A stretch of DNA of 64,000 nt from Flavobacterium sp. (GCF_043722275.1 NZ_JAYSPC010000028.1:22693-86692); one strand, 5' to 3'; shown: positions 7,590 to 18,067, counted from the first letter of the stretch. The notes: generated by a model not told the origin, from the sequence alone. Numbers and translations: made by a program.

Positions 7590-8510
7590 ATGACGGCAAA
7601 GACATCTGAAAACGTAAAAACATATGGAGCAAAGGGATTTCGTGAAAAATTTCTTGGTCCGGAAAATCCTATGCAATTACTTTTCAAATCAAATTCTGAT
7701 CATTTTTTTTGTTTAAAGATGGAAGAAATGATGCAGCTTCAATATGCTGTTCCGCCTTCAAAACACAGTTGTCATACTATTCTTTTTTTAACATCAGGAA
7801 CGCATATCATAAAAATTGGTTTTGAAGAATACCGAAGCAAGGCAAATGAAATGATTATAGTTCCGGCAGGTCAGATTTTTGCAATCGAACATATCAATAC
7901 AAAACATGTTGGTTTTATTTGCCAGTTTCATCCTGAGGTTTTAATTGGAAAATATGGTAATACCGAAATGTTAAATGATTTTGATTTCCTGAAGATTGGA
8001 GGAAATCCGAAGATTAGCCTTTCAGAAAGTAATGCTGTTTTTATAACCAATCTTTTTATTCGGTTACAAGCTGCATATATTGAACCTGGAATTACCAATT
8101 TTAATATTGTACAATCCTATTTGATGGCTTTGTTTTTTGAAATGAATAAAAACAATGTCAAAATTGCTAAAACAGGAAATGCTTCTGCTGTTCTTTCATC
8201 GAAGTTTAAAGAGCTAATTTTAGCTCATATAAAAATAAATCATGAAGTAAATTATTATGCTTCGTTATTAAATGTTACGCCTAATCATTTAAACAAATCG
8301 GTAAAATCTACCACGGGCAAACCTGCTACTAAATGGATTGATGAAACCATTTTACTTGAAGCAAAGTATTTACTGTTTCAAACTACTCTTTCTATCAGCG
8401 AAATAGCAATGCAGGTAGGACACGAGGATCATTCTTACTTTAGCCGATTCTTTAAAAAACATGAAGGAATTACGCCTATTCAATATCGGAAAATGATTGA
8501 TAAGTCCTAA
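7590..8510 (+). CDS. AraC-family transcriptional regulator
   Basis: N-terminal cupin, C-terminal YASLLNVTPNHLNK..SISEIAMQVGHEDHSYFSRFFKK. Confidence 0.92.
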   Translation: MTAKTSENVKTYGAKGFREKFLGPENPMQLLFKSNSDHFFCLKMEEMMQLQYAVPPSKHSCHTILFLTSGTHIIKIGFEEYRSKANEMIIVPAGQIFAIEHINTKHVGFICQFHPEVLIGKYGNTEMLNDFDFLKIGGNPKISLSESNAVFITNLFIRLQAAYIEPGITNFNIVQSYLMALFFEMNKNNVKIAKTGNASAVLSSKFKELILAHIKINHEVNYYASLLNVTPNHLNKSVKSTTGKPATKWIDETILLEAKYLLFQTTLSISEIAMQVGHEDHSYFSRFFKKHEGITPIQYRKMIDKS

Positions 8511-8579
8511 TTATTGCTTATAAAATCCTATTTACTCCAAAAGCATTTGTTGAAATTTGTACCGTAAAAAAAGCAAATT

Positions 8580-8780
8580 ATGATTTATGTTTTTAAAACT
8601 TCTGTTGATTCAAAATCAAAATTAGATTTCGCAAATGTATTGATTGGGGAATTACTGCCAAATGCTGTTTGGAATTTTGATCTTGAGGATTGTGATAATA
8701 TTTTAAGAATTGAAAGCGAAGACGAAATAAACGAAATAGCTCTTCAAAATGAAATTTTCGATTGTATCGAATTAGAATAA
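8580..8780 (+). CDS. Small conserved Bacteroidota protein (VFKTSV...WNFDLEDCDNILRI)
   Basis: Recognisable recurring small-protein motif downstream of AraC. Confidence 0.75.
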   Translation: MIYVFKTSVDSKSKLDFANVLIGELLPNAVWNFDLEDCDNILRIESEDEINEIALQNEIFDCIELE

Positions 8781-8821
8781 ATTCGCTTTTCAAAAACACT
8801 TTTCAACATCAACAAAATATT

Positions 8822-9394
8822 ATGGATACTGCATTGCATCAAAACAAAACTTTTGACACTATCGATTATTCGGATCAAAAATTATCTGATAATGAATTTA
8901 TAAACTGTGAATTTATCAATTGTAATTTCTCGAAAAGTGATTTTAGTTATATTGACTTTTTAGATTGTACTTTTAAAAATTGCAATCTTTCGCTTTCTAC
9001 ACTTAAAAGTACCGGATTAAAAAACATTAAATTTATTGGTTGTAAATTAATGGGACTTGATTTTAGCGCGAGTAATAGTTTTTTATTTTCAATGTCTTTT
9101 CAGGATTGTCTACTTGATTATTCGACTTTTATTTATAAAAAATTAAAGAAAACAAACTTCATTGACTGCTCTCTAAAAGATGTTGATTTTTCAAATACTG
9201 ATTTGTCTCTGTCTCTTTTTAAAAACTGTGATCTTGCCAATGCGACTTTCCAGGATTGTATTTTAGAGAAAACTGATTTTCGTTCTTCAAGAAATTATGC
9301 TTTTGATCCATCTGAAAATAAAATTAAGAGAACCAGAGTTTCTCAAGCTGCACTTGCGGGTTTGCTTGAAAAATTTGATTTGGATATTGAATAA
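8822..9394 (+). CDS. Pentapeptide-repeat protein (Qnr/MfpA/McbG-like fold)
   Basis: Continuous [F/L]xx[C/T/S]x pentapeptides (CNFSKSDFS, VDFSNTDLS, CDLANATF); ATG 8822. Confidence 0.9.
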   Translation: MDTALHQNKTFDTIDYSDQKLSDNEFINCEFINCNFSKSDFSYIDFLDCTFKNCNLSLSTLKSTGLKNIKFIGCKLMGLDFSASNSFLFSMSFQDCLLDYSTFIYKKLKKTNFIDCSLKDVDFSNTDLSLSLFKNCDLANATFQDCILEKTDFRSSRNYAFDPSENKIKRTRVSQAALAGLLEKFDLDIE

Positions 9395-9449
9395 GTTAGA
9401 AAAGTTTTCAGTAGCAGCTTTCAGTCTTCAGTTTGTGGATAATTATAAC

Positions 9450-9485
9450 AAAAAAAGGGATGCAAAATTTTGCATCCCTTTTTTT
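9450..9485. terminator. Bidirectional terminator between convergent genes
   Basis: aaaaaagggatgcaaa/tttgcatccctttttt inverted repeat with A/T tails. Confidence 0.8.
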
Positions 9486-9487
9486 AA

Positions 9488-11074
9488 TTAAAAACTTAAA
9501 AAAGAACTATATCTCCAGCGTGGATCTCCCACTTTGTTGTCTATTAATGTTTGATTTTTAATTGTAAAATTACCTGTTGCTGCACCCACAAATTGCGGAT
9601 CTAATGCAGTTCCAGATGTATCTGGTCTGTTATTGGCAAGTGCATTTGGGTTAGCAATTAGATTTGGCGAATTATAATAATTATTACTTGCAAAAGTTGG
9701 ATTTGCCGTAACAGCTTCTCTTGTATATGGTGCAGGTGTATTTGCAAACAATGTATTTCTAACAGCTATAACATTGGTAACAAAACGCGTATATAAAATT
9801 GAATTAGCGGCAGTACCTAACATATTTGGGTTTGAGATCGTACAGCTATCAATTAATATATTGGTAGTTAAGCCTGTAAGACCGGCATCCATACGGATAA
9901 AATATCTTGCTGTTGCACAATTATTAAAAGTACTATTTTTAAGGGTTAATTGTGCTATTTGAGAACCTCTGACATCTATAAATTCTCCACCAGTTGTTAA
10001 TACATTTGTCACAATAGTATTCTCAACTATTACGGAAGTGATTTTAGCAGCGGTTAAATTTGCACTGATTAATGATATACCATAATCATGTATATTAGAA
10101 CCACTTATTAAAAGTGAACCGTATGTAATACTGTTGTCATTGTATTTAATAACTGAAACCGCAGCTCCCGCAGCTCCTTTATCGCCTTTTAAATCCAGAT
10201 CGATTAAACTAATATTAGCGGCTCCGTTAGTTAATACAAAATTCACATGAAGTTTAGGTTTGTCATAACTGCGCAATCCTCTTAATGTAATTGCTTTATT
10301 TACAGTAATTGCTCCTATTTGATTTGCCGCTGTATAATCACCTGGCTCTAAAACTAATATTGCACCAGATGCGGCATCAGCGATTTTTTGCATTAAGTCA
10401 TCAGTAACTTTAACTAAAATACCGGTTCCAATATCGATTCCGGTTGTAAATGTAGCAACACCTCTCTTTTTCGCACCGTTAAGCAAAGTAGCCGTATAAG
10501 CAGTTTCTGCAGTTAATCCGGTTACAATTGCAACCCCTGCCGTTTTTTCTGCTGGTGTTATTGCATGTGTAATACCACCCGGAGCAACGGTAATTTGCGT
10601 TACATTACTATTTGGCGTCCATCTTAAAGTAACTTGTTTGGCTTCTATATCAATTGGCTGTACAGGTAAAAAAAGTTGTTCTGATAAGGTTGTTGCTGTT
10701 GTAACAGACCATTTAGAATCTGCCAATCCTGAAGCGCTAACTGATTTTATTCTTATTGAATACGTGGTTTCACCTTCTAAAGCTACCGAAACAGGCAATT
10801 GAGCAGGAGTTACCTCAACAGTTTTATAGATTGTTTTGAATTCAGAATCATCTGCACTAAATTCTACAACATAATGATCTGCCTCTTCTTTTGTCGTCCA
10901 GTTTAACTCGACTGTTGTTTGATTTCTAACTTTTGCTGTAAGACCAATTGGGGAAAACTCTCTTGTATTTCCAATTCCGTCTAACAGTTGCTCATTATAA
11001 CTATCACAACTTGTGATTGCAAATGCCAGTAATAATGTGGCTATTAATCCTTTTAGTATATATTTTGTTTTCAT
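9488..11074 (-). CDS. PUL lipoprotein with fibronectin-III domains and C-terminal parallel beta-helix (DUF4957/DUF5123-like)
   Basis: Lipobox AITSC after ATG 11074; Fn3 (VELNW..YVVEF); C-terminal VGDPRW. Confidence 0.8.
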   Translation of the reverse strand: MKTKYILKGLIATLLLAFAITSCDSYNEQLLDGIGNTREFSPIGLTAKVRNQTTVELNWTTKEEADHYVVEFSADDSEFKTIYKTVEVTPAQLPVSVALEGETTYSIRIKSVSASGLADSKWSVTTATTLSEQLFLPVQPIDIEAKQVTLRWTPNSNVTQITVAPGGITHAITPAEKTAGVAIVTGLTAETAYTATLLNGAKKRGVATFTTGIDIGTGILVKVTDDLMQKIADAASGAILVLEPGDYTAANQIGAITVNKAITLRGLRSYDKPKLHVNFVLTNGAANISLIDLDLKGDKGAAGAAVSVIKYNDNSITYGSLLISGSNIHDYGISLISANLTAAKITSVIVENTIVTNVLTTGGEFIDVRGSQIAQLTLKNSTFNNCATARYFIRMDAGLTGLTTNILIDSCTISNPNMLGTAANSILYTRFVTNVIAVRNTLFANTPAPYTREAVTANPTFASNNYYNSPNLIANPNALANNRPDTSGTALDPQFVGAATGNFTIKNQTLIDNKVGDPRWRYSSFLSF

Positions 11075-11105
11075 CGTAATAACTTTATTAATTTTTTCTA
11101 AGATC

Positions 11106-12905
11106 TTAATAACCGTAATCATTAGTTAATTGATTATTGCTTCCATCAATAAATACTTGCCATATTGGCCAGAATTGTCTGTTATCAGGATTAACTCCCG
11201 GCTTATACAATGAATTTATTTTAGCATCTGCTGCGGTTCCTGTCCACGTCCAGGTAACAGATGAATATAGTGCTCCGGGATTTGTTATCTCTCCTCTATT
11301 TAATCCGTAGATATCAAGAGATACATTATCTGCTTTATATTTATAGTACAAAGTTGATGGTACATTAGCATATTCTCCTGTGCGGGCTGATAAATTGGTC
11401 ATTTTTTGTTTTGCCTCATCTAATTTTGCTTTCAGTAAATTCCAACGGATAAGTGCTTGTTTACGCTCCATTTCTCCGGTAAACTCAAATTTATTTTCTT
11501 CAACAAGAGCATTGAACATTGCTTCTTTACTCGTTAAAGCATTTACGTAATCATCCACTTTTACAGTCTGAGAAGTAGGGAATGCTCTTCTGCGAATTTC
11601 TTTTAAATAAGGCGCTGCTGCACCTGGACCTTCTAATTCGTTAGCTGTTTCAGCAGCAATCAAAAGTACTTCTGCATAACGCATGTAGATTTTATTAACT
11701 CCATCATCATTTGTAGAAGTAATATAACGTTTCATCCATTCGTAACGATATTTACCAAAATACCAGGTATCTAATGTATTCAACTCTTGTTTAGCTATAT
11801 TATTAACTGCTGCACCATATTTGTAAGGCACACAAGTAACATCTCTACGGGCATCAGCCTGATCATAATCATAAAAAACAAATGGTAATGGTCCTGCAAC
11901 TCCGCCACGATTAGCTCCATTAGCTTGAAACTGATCACTAGCTGCGGTGTGTTTTACAGCAAAAGTGAACAACATTCTACCACGTCCATCAGCAAAAGGA
12001 AGCTCCCAAAGAGATTCTCCTCCGGCAATAGTATTTTCCTCATTGTATTTTCTCCATAATCCTTCAAAAGTAGATTCTAAATGAGCGGAACCACTTTGAA
12101 TTACTTCACGAGATTCTTTTAATGCCAATGCATACATAATACCAACTGAAAGTTCCGGATCAGTACTTCTTCTTACTCCGTTAGGATATTGTTGATAGCC
12201 ACTTGCCGCCAAAGCCAAACGTGCTCTAAATGCTTTTACAAATGCTTTATTTATGTGCTCTACAGTACTGGTATATGCAGTTTCGTTAGGCCATGCAACT
12301 AATGTTGATGCTTCTCCTAAGTCTGCAATTAATTGTTTATACAGAATATCTCTACTTGATTTAGGCAAATATAAAGTTGCTGAAGTAATAGGTTCAAAAC
12401 GAGCCGGAACATCACCCCATGCTTTAATTAAATCAGCATAATAAATTGCTCTCAGCGTTAAGGCTTCTCCTAATAATTGACCCATTTCTGTTCCCGGCAA
12501 AGGATTTCCATACTGACGTAAACCTTTAATACAAACATTAGCACGTTCAATACCTGAGTACATCATTGAATATGCATTATTAGTGGTATTCATTTCTGTA
12601 TTACTTGGCTTTGCATCGTAAACAGACAAATCAGACTTATCTCCTGCTGTTTGCGAAGTATTATACCATTCTACGTCAGTATTTAATCCGTAATAGGGTA
12701 AAAAACGCCCTCTGTAAGAGTTAGTCTCGGCAAATGGTACTTTTATTCCATCAATAGCACCTTTTGCAAGTCCGGCTGTAGAGAAAATTACAGACGCATC
12801 TAATGTTGATTGTGCAGGTGTCTCTAAATAATCCTCTTCAAATTGTTGACAAGAACTGAATAAACCAGAAATAATCAATCCTGCTATTATTATTTTATGT
12901 TTCAT
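11106..12905 (-). CDS. susD: SusD/RagB-family nutrient-binding lipoprotein
   Basis: Lipobox LFSSC; GEALTLRAIYYADLIKAWGDVP; MRYAEVLL; EFTGE..R..LIRW; FWPI. Confidence 0.93.
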   Translation of the reverse strand: MKHKIIIAGLIISGLFSSCQQFEEDYLETPAQSTLDASVIFSTAGLAKGAIDGIKVPFAETNSYRGRFLPYYGLNTDVEWYNTSQTAGDKSDLSVYDAKPSNTEMNTTNNAYSMMYSGIERANVCIKGLRQYGNPLPGTEMGQLLGEALTLRAIYYADLIKAWGDVPARFEPITSATLYLPKSSRDILYKQLIADLGEASTLVAWPNETAYTSTVEHINKAFVKAFRARLALAASGYQQYPNGVRRSTDPELSVGIMYALALKESREVIQSGSAHLESTFEGLWRKYNEENTIAGGESLWELPFADGRGRMLFTFAVKHTAASDQFQANGANRGGVAGPLPFVFYDYDQADARRDVTCVPYKYGAAVNNIAKQELNTLDTWYFGKYRYEWMKRYITSTNDDGVNKIYMRYAEVLLIAAETANELEGPGAAAPYLKEIRRRAFPTSQTVKVDDYVNALTSKEAMFNALVEENKFEFTGEMERKQALIRWNLLKAKLDEAKQKMTNLSARTGEYANVPSTLYYKYKADNVSLDIYGLNRGEITNPGALYSSVTWTWTGTAADAKINSLYKPGVNPDNRQFWPIWQVFIDGSNNQLTNDYGY

Positions 12906-12922
12906 TTTGTAATAATTTAAAA

Positions 12923-15900
12923 TTAGAAATTAAGATTCATCCCAAAAATCATTTGTCTGCTTCTTGGATAAGGACTTGAATCAACCCCAGGTGTAAGTGG
13001 ATTTTTTCTTCTTGTTGAAACTTCCGGATCAGAACCTGAGTAGTTAGTCCAAACAAAAACATTGCTTGCCGTTAGATAGAATCTCAATTTAGAAACTCCA
13101 AGTTTAGAAGTAAACATCTCAGGAGCCGTATAGCCTAATGTTAAAGTATTCAATCTTAAAAACGATGCATCCTCAACTGCCCAATCAGTAAAAATAGCGC
13201 TTCGCATATACGGAGACCACATTGTTGTAGTAGCATTAAGTTGTGTTAATGCAGCAGGATCTGTTACTAACTGACCTGAAACAGGATCTAAATTTGTCCA
13301 TCTCTGCCCGTCAGCCATCGTAGAATTTAAATTTTTGTACTTCCCTGAAGCAGTTGCTGTCGAAAATTCAATTTTATCAGCATTATATACTTCATTTCCA
13401 ATACTCCAGTTAAAAGCAGCCATTAAATCGAATCCATACGCATTTCCATTAATGACAAAACCGCCGGAACTTTTAGGATTAACATTTCCAATAACTGTTT
13501 TGTCATTTAAATCTACTTTACCATCTCCATTAACATCTTTCAATTTCATATCTCCTGGCTTAAGAGAACTTCCGTCTCCAACTAAAGTTGTAGCAGTACT
13601 AATTACTCCACTTTTTAAAGTATATTTTCCTCCCACATAATCAAAGTCAGATACTTCGTATCTACCATCATTTTTATAACCATACATAGAACCTAATGAA
13701 GAACCAACCTCTATAATATAATCATCGCCAATTTGTGAAGAGGCCCATCCTGTAGCCTGTCCAAAATTATTCATAACGCCTAATGAGTTAATACGGTTTT
13801 TGTTTATTCCCATATTGAATGAAAAATTCAATCCGTATTTTGCTTTTTCAATTGCAACAACATTTATCGTAGCCTCGAAACCTGTGTTTTGTGTTTCACC
13901 CATGTTACGATATTGATAATCGTATCCAGATCCCGGAACTAGAAAATTAATTAATAAATCACTGGTAACATTTTTATAGATATCAAAAGAACCATTTAAA
14001 CGATTTTTGAAAAATCCAAAATCCAAACCAACATTTTGAGTAACTGTTGTTTCCCATTTCAAATCAGGATTAGGCATTGTTTTAGAAGGCGCCCAAACAC
14101 TGGTAACTCCATTAATCCATGGTGTTGGTGTAGATTGAAAAATTTGAATTTGTTGACCAACAGGTATGTTATTATTTCCTGCTTCACCATAACTTGCTCT
14201 TACTTTTAAAAGATTGATCCAGGTTTGATCTTTTAGAAAATTCTCTTCAGAAATTTTCCATCCTGCTGCAAAAGCAGGGAAATATCCCCAACGATTTTCT
14301 TTTAAAAATTTACTTGAACCATCTGCACGAAATGTAGCGGTTAATAAGTAACGATTTTTGTAGTCATAATTTGCACGTCCAAAAAACGACAATAATTTGT
14401 CATCCGGGCTGTAATAATTATCTACTGATTGTGGTGTTCCCTGTGTTGTTAATTTTTTTGCCTGATCAAAATCAAAAAATGTAGGATATCCATGAATAGT
14501 ACTAGTAACGCTATTTGAATTATATGAAATACTTTCTTCTCCTAAAAGAGCACTCAAATGGTGATTTTCGCCCATTATTTTTTTGAAATCATAATTTAGT
14601 GTATTAGCATTTCTAAAACGTCTCTCTTTAGTATCAGACATAATCATTGCAGGCATACCCTGCAATGGACCTAGTGGAGCATTAGCTACATAATAAGTAG
14701 TTCGTCCGTAAAAACGATAATCCAGATTGTTATAATTGTCCAAACCTAAATCTACTTTCAATTTTAAATTTTCTGCAAGCTCCCATCCAAAGCTACCTAA
14801 CATATTATAGTTTTTACGAAACTGTTGACGATCATTATCAGAAACAGATGTTAAAGGATTTATCAATACATCTGAGCCATCTCCAGTTACATCTTCTGAA
14901 GTTAAACCTGCTACCGGAAGTGGCGCATAACCAACAATATTACGCATACGCGAATCTGTTGAAGATTTTTCATTTTGTTCATTTACACCTCCACCGTTAA
15001 TTTCAGTATCTGAATAACGCATAGTAAAACTAACATCAATTTTATCATTTAATTTACTTTTTAAAGCCAGGGAAAGGTTATTACGTTTATAATCTGAACC
15101 TATCATAATAGCTTTTTCATCATAATGAGCGTAATTAAAATTATAATTAACCTTATCAGTTCCGCCTCTAATTCCTAAATCACGACTTTGTACCTCACCA
15201 GTACGTCCAAAAATTTGTTTTTGCCAATTATCCCCTTTCAAACCTTTGTACATATCCTGATCTTGCCAATTTCCAAAATACCTAGTATATGAAGATGGAT
15301 CAGAAGCTACTTTAGTTCCTGTTTGTGAAAGCAAAGCATATTCGTATTGCCATTTAGTATAATCATCCGGCGACAAAACATCAATTTGATTAGCCACCTT
15401 TTTCATCCCATAAAACATGTTAAAATTGACCGCAATTTTGCCGTCTTTTCCGCTTTTAGTTGTAATGATAATTACCCCATTTGCACCACGTGATCCATAT
15501 ATTGCAGTTGAAGCAGCATCTTTTAAAACCGTCATTGAGTCAATATCAGATGACGAAATATCATTCATACTATTTATTGGAAATCCATCTACAATAATCA
15601 AAGGCGAAGCATCCTGAGTAAGAGAACCACCTCCGCGAACTCTGATTTTTATATCAGCATCCGGAGAACCCTCTGATGAAGTTACTTGTACACCTGCAAT
15701 TCGGCCTGTTAAGGCTTCAGCTACATTTGCAACTGGAACTTTTTTCAAATCGTTACCCGAAATAGTAGAAACTGCTCCTGTTAAATCTGATTTTTTTGCT
15801 GTTCCATATCCAATAACAACAACTTCATTCAGGCTGTTAGAATCTTCAGATAAGGCAACATCAATTTTAGTTTTTCCATCTACGGCTACTTCTTTGGTTT

Positions 15901-16165
15901 TAAAACCTATAAAAGAGAAGGTTATAACTGCTTTCGGATTTGAAAGTTTTAATTTATAACGTCCGTCAAAATCCGTTGAGGTTCCATTTTTTGTTCCTTT
16001 TTCTAAAATATTAACTCCCGGCAATGTTAGCCCTGCAGCATCTTTAACCGTTCCTTCAAGTGTTCCTGTCTGAGCATTCATCTGATTGCTCGTGAGTAAA
16101 CACAATAAAAAAACAACTGCAAAGTAACAATGTGCTCCTTTGTTAAATAAATCTTTAAAATTCAT
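12923..16165 (-). CDS. susC: SusC/RagA-family TonB-linked outer membrane transporter
   Basis: LNEVVVIGYG, VLKDAASTAIYGSRGANGVIIITTK, NPDLKWETT, terminal Phe; no N-terminal signalling extension. Confidence 0.95.
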   Translation of the reverse strand: MNFKDLFNKGAHCYFAVVFLLCLLTSNQMNAQTGTLEGTVKDAAGLTLPGVNILEKGTKNGTSTDFDGRYKLKLSNPKAVITFSFIGFKTKEVAVDGKTKIDVALSEDSNSLNEVVVIGYGTAKKSDLTGAVSTISGNDLKKVPVANVAEALTGRIAGVQVTSSEGSPDADIKIRVRGGGSLTQDASPLIIVDGFPINSMNDISSSDIDSMTVLKDAASTAIYGSRGANGVIIITTKSGKDGKIAVNFNMFYGMKKVANQIDVLSPDDYTKWQYEYALLSQTGTKVASDPSSYTRYFGNWQDQDMYKGLKGDNWQKQIFGRTGEVQSRDLGIRGGTDKVNYNFNYAHYDEKAIMIGSDYKRNNLSLALKSKLNDKIDVSFTMRYSDTEINGGGVNEQNEKSSTDSRMRNIVGYAPLPVAGLTSEDVTGDGSDVLINPLTSVSDNDRQQFRKNYNMLGSFGWELAENLKLKVDLGLDNYNNLDYRFYGRTTYYVANAPLGPLQGMPAMIMSDTKERRFRNANTLNYDFKKIMGENHHLSALLGEESISYNSNSVTSTIHGYPTFFDFDQAKKLTTQGTPQSVDNYYSPDDKLLSFFGRANYDYKNRYLLTATFRADGSSKFLKENRWGYFPAFAAGWKISEENFLKDQTWINLLKVRASYGEAGNNNIPVGQQIQIFQSTPTPWINGVTSVWAPSKTMPNPDLKWETTVTQNVGLDFGFFKNRLNGSFDIYKNVTSDLLINFLVPGSGYDYQYRNMGETQNTGFEATINVVAIEKAKYGLNFSFNMGINKNRINSLGVMNNFGQATGWASSQIGDDYIIEVGSSLGSMYGYKNDGRYEVSDFDYVGGKYTLKSGVISTATTLVGDGSSLKPGDMKLKDVNGDGKVDLNDKTVIGNVNPKSSGGFVINGNAYGFDLMAAFNWSIGNEVYNADKIEFSTATASGKYKNLNSTMADGQRWTNLDPVSGQLVTDPAALTQLNATTTMWSPYMRSAIFTDWAVEDASFLRLNTLTLGYTAPEMFTSKLGVSKLRFYLTASNVFVWTNYSGSDPEVSTRRKNPLTPGVDSSPYPRSRQMIFGMNLNF

Positions 16166-16333
16166 GGTTGATTGTTTAAGTTATTAATTAGTTTTTGTGG
16201 TTTTTTGTGGTTATTCTAATTTTAATCTTTCGGGCTTTCTTTTATTATTCAAGATCATTTCTTCAATAATAACTTGGGATTTCGTCTGTTATAAATTTCA
16301 AAACAGATTCATTTTTTAAGTTTAATTAAAAGT

Positions 16334-16355
16334 TGTAATCGATTACACAAACATA
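16334..16355 (-). promoter_or_regulatory. Perfect 14-bp palindrome TGTAATCGATTACA (LacI-type operator) abutting the susC -7 box TATGTTTG (16348-16355)
   Basis: Read directly; partial second site AATCGATTACA at 16521-16531. Confidence 0.7.
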
Positions 16356-16799
16356 AATATTTTTTTGATATAAAAAATTAAAATTCATAAAAATTTCCTA
16401 AAATAAATTTAATATGAAAAATAAAAGCGCTTTTTTATATGACATGTGTAATTTAAGTTCAATATAAATATTAAATATATTTTCAATATTTAATAATTTG
16501 TTGCGATTATCTAAAAAAACAATCGATTACACTAAAACTGTTTGCAGTATTATAAGTGTTGTATTTAGATTTCTAATACGCAAAAAAATCAAAAATCTAT
16601 TCATAATCAAACCATAATATCTAAATTGATTTGAATTTTAAAACATCATCAGGAATAAAAACAATATTATTCTTACGAATAAAAAAGTTCAACAACTCTG
16701 TATTAGAACTTTACAGAAGAAATAAGGTAAAATTGAGCATAAAAAAACCCTTAAACGAAATTCCGTTTAAGGGTTATATTATTTATAAAGCAGATTATA

Positions 16800-17966
16800 T
16801 TAAGCGCGCTGCAATTGTAAATTATTTTTATGTTTTTGCATTAAGATAAAAGTAATACCCATTCCAATCACGGCCATTACAACACCAATAAGATTTGGCG
16901 ATGCATAACTATATCCCGCAGCCAATGGCAAACCTCCCAAAAAAGCTCCTAAAGCATTACCAATATTAAAACTTCCCTGAAGTGCTGCCGAAGCTATCAT
17001 TTCAGCATCTTTTGCGGTACGGATCATTAACATTTGAATAGGCGCAATAACCGAAAAAGAAATTGCTCCGGTTAAGAAAGTCAGAAATAACGAAACATAT
17101 TGATTATAGGAGAACAAATAAACTAAAACCAAATCAATTGACATTACAAACAACAATGCCAAAACGGTTGGTGCCGGAGAATATTTATCGGCAAGTTTGC
17201 CTCCTAAAAAGTTTCCAACAACCATTCCTAAACCTGCAAGAATTAAAATATATGAAACATCTTCGGGTGAAAATTGAGATACATTTGTTAATAAAGGCGC
17301 GATATAACTAATCCACGCAAATAATCCTCCAAATCCTACCGCGGTAATCCCGATGATTAACCAAGCTTCTGTTTTCCTGAAAAATTGTAATTGAGTTTTC
17401 ATATTTACGTTTCCGCTTTTTTCCAGATTTGGCATCCATAAAGAGATAAACAAAAACGTAAGCAAACCAACAACCGTAATCAATATAAAAGTATAACGCC
17501 ATATAAAATTGTGTCCTATATAGGTACCAATTGGAACCCCAATTAAATTCGCCAGGGTTAAACCCGAAAACATAATTGCAATTGCCTGAGCTTCCTTGCC
17601 TTTATCAGCTAATCGGCTTGCAACAACTGCTCCAACGCCAAAAAAGGCTCCGTGTGGTAAACCGGAAAGAAATCTTGAAGCGAATAAAAAATTATAGGTT
17701 GGTGCAATGATCGAAAGCGAGTTAAAAACGGTTAACATTAAAGCTAATATTAAAAGCATTTTCTTTGGAGCAAAATTTCTCCCTAAAATAACTAACAACG
17801 GAGCGCCAATAACAACACCAAGCGCATAAGCAGAAATTAAATATCCTGCTACGGGAATTGAAACTTTCATATCTGAGGCAATATCCGGCAACAAACCCAT
17901 CATAACAAATTCGGTAATACCGATCGTTAAACCTCCTAATGAGAGTGCGATAAGACTTTTTTTCAT
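16800..17966 (-). CDS. MFS transporter, DHA1/AraJ-like
   Basis: LGGLTIGITEFVMMGLLPDIA N-terminus, 12 TM pattern, GGKLADK motif. Confidence 0.9.
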   Translation of the reverse strand: MKKSLIALSLGGLTIGITEFVMMGLLPDIASDMKVSIPVAGYLISAYALGVVIGAPLLVILGRNFAPKKMLLILALMLTVFNSLSIIAPTYNFLFASRFLSGLPHGAFFGVGAVVASRLADKGKEAQAIAIMFSGLTLANLIGVPIGTYIGHNFIWRYTFILITVVGLLTFLFISLWMPNLEKSGNVNMKTQLQFFRKTEAWLIIGITAVGFGGLFAWISYIAPLLTNVSQFSPEDVSYILILAGLGMVVGNFLGGKLADKYSPAPTVLALLFVMSIDLVLVYLFSYNQYVSLFLTFLTGAISFSVIAPIQMLMIRTAKDAEMIASAALQGSFNIGNALGAFLGGLPLAAGYSYASPNLIGVVMAVIGMGITFILMQKHKNNLQLQRA

Positions 17967-18001
17967 TTGTTTTACAAGAAAGGATTAGACTTTCTATGGT
18001 G

Positions 18002-18061
18002 CAAATTTAACACAATCACACATGAAAATAGTTGTATATTTGCGATATAAACTTGTACATT
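18002..18061. promoter_or_regulatory. Divergent MFS/AraC promoters (TAAATTTG minus 18002-18009; TATATTTG plus 18035-18042) with TTGTAYATT direct repeats 21 bp apart
   Basis: Repeats start at 18032 and 18053. Confidence 0.6.
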
Positions 18062-18067
18062 TAAGCT

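Noticed and set aside
9434-9442. Perfect DnaA boxes TTATCCACA (minus strand) at 9434-9442 and 40196-40204; possible oriC
   Set aside because: Isolated and unclustered, one inside a CDS; about one copy per 64 kb is expected by chance at this composition
16631-16849. 72-aa ORF in the susC-MFS gap
   Set aside because: TTG start, AT-rich low-information sequence, overlaps the MFS 3' end on the opposite strand
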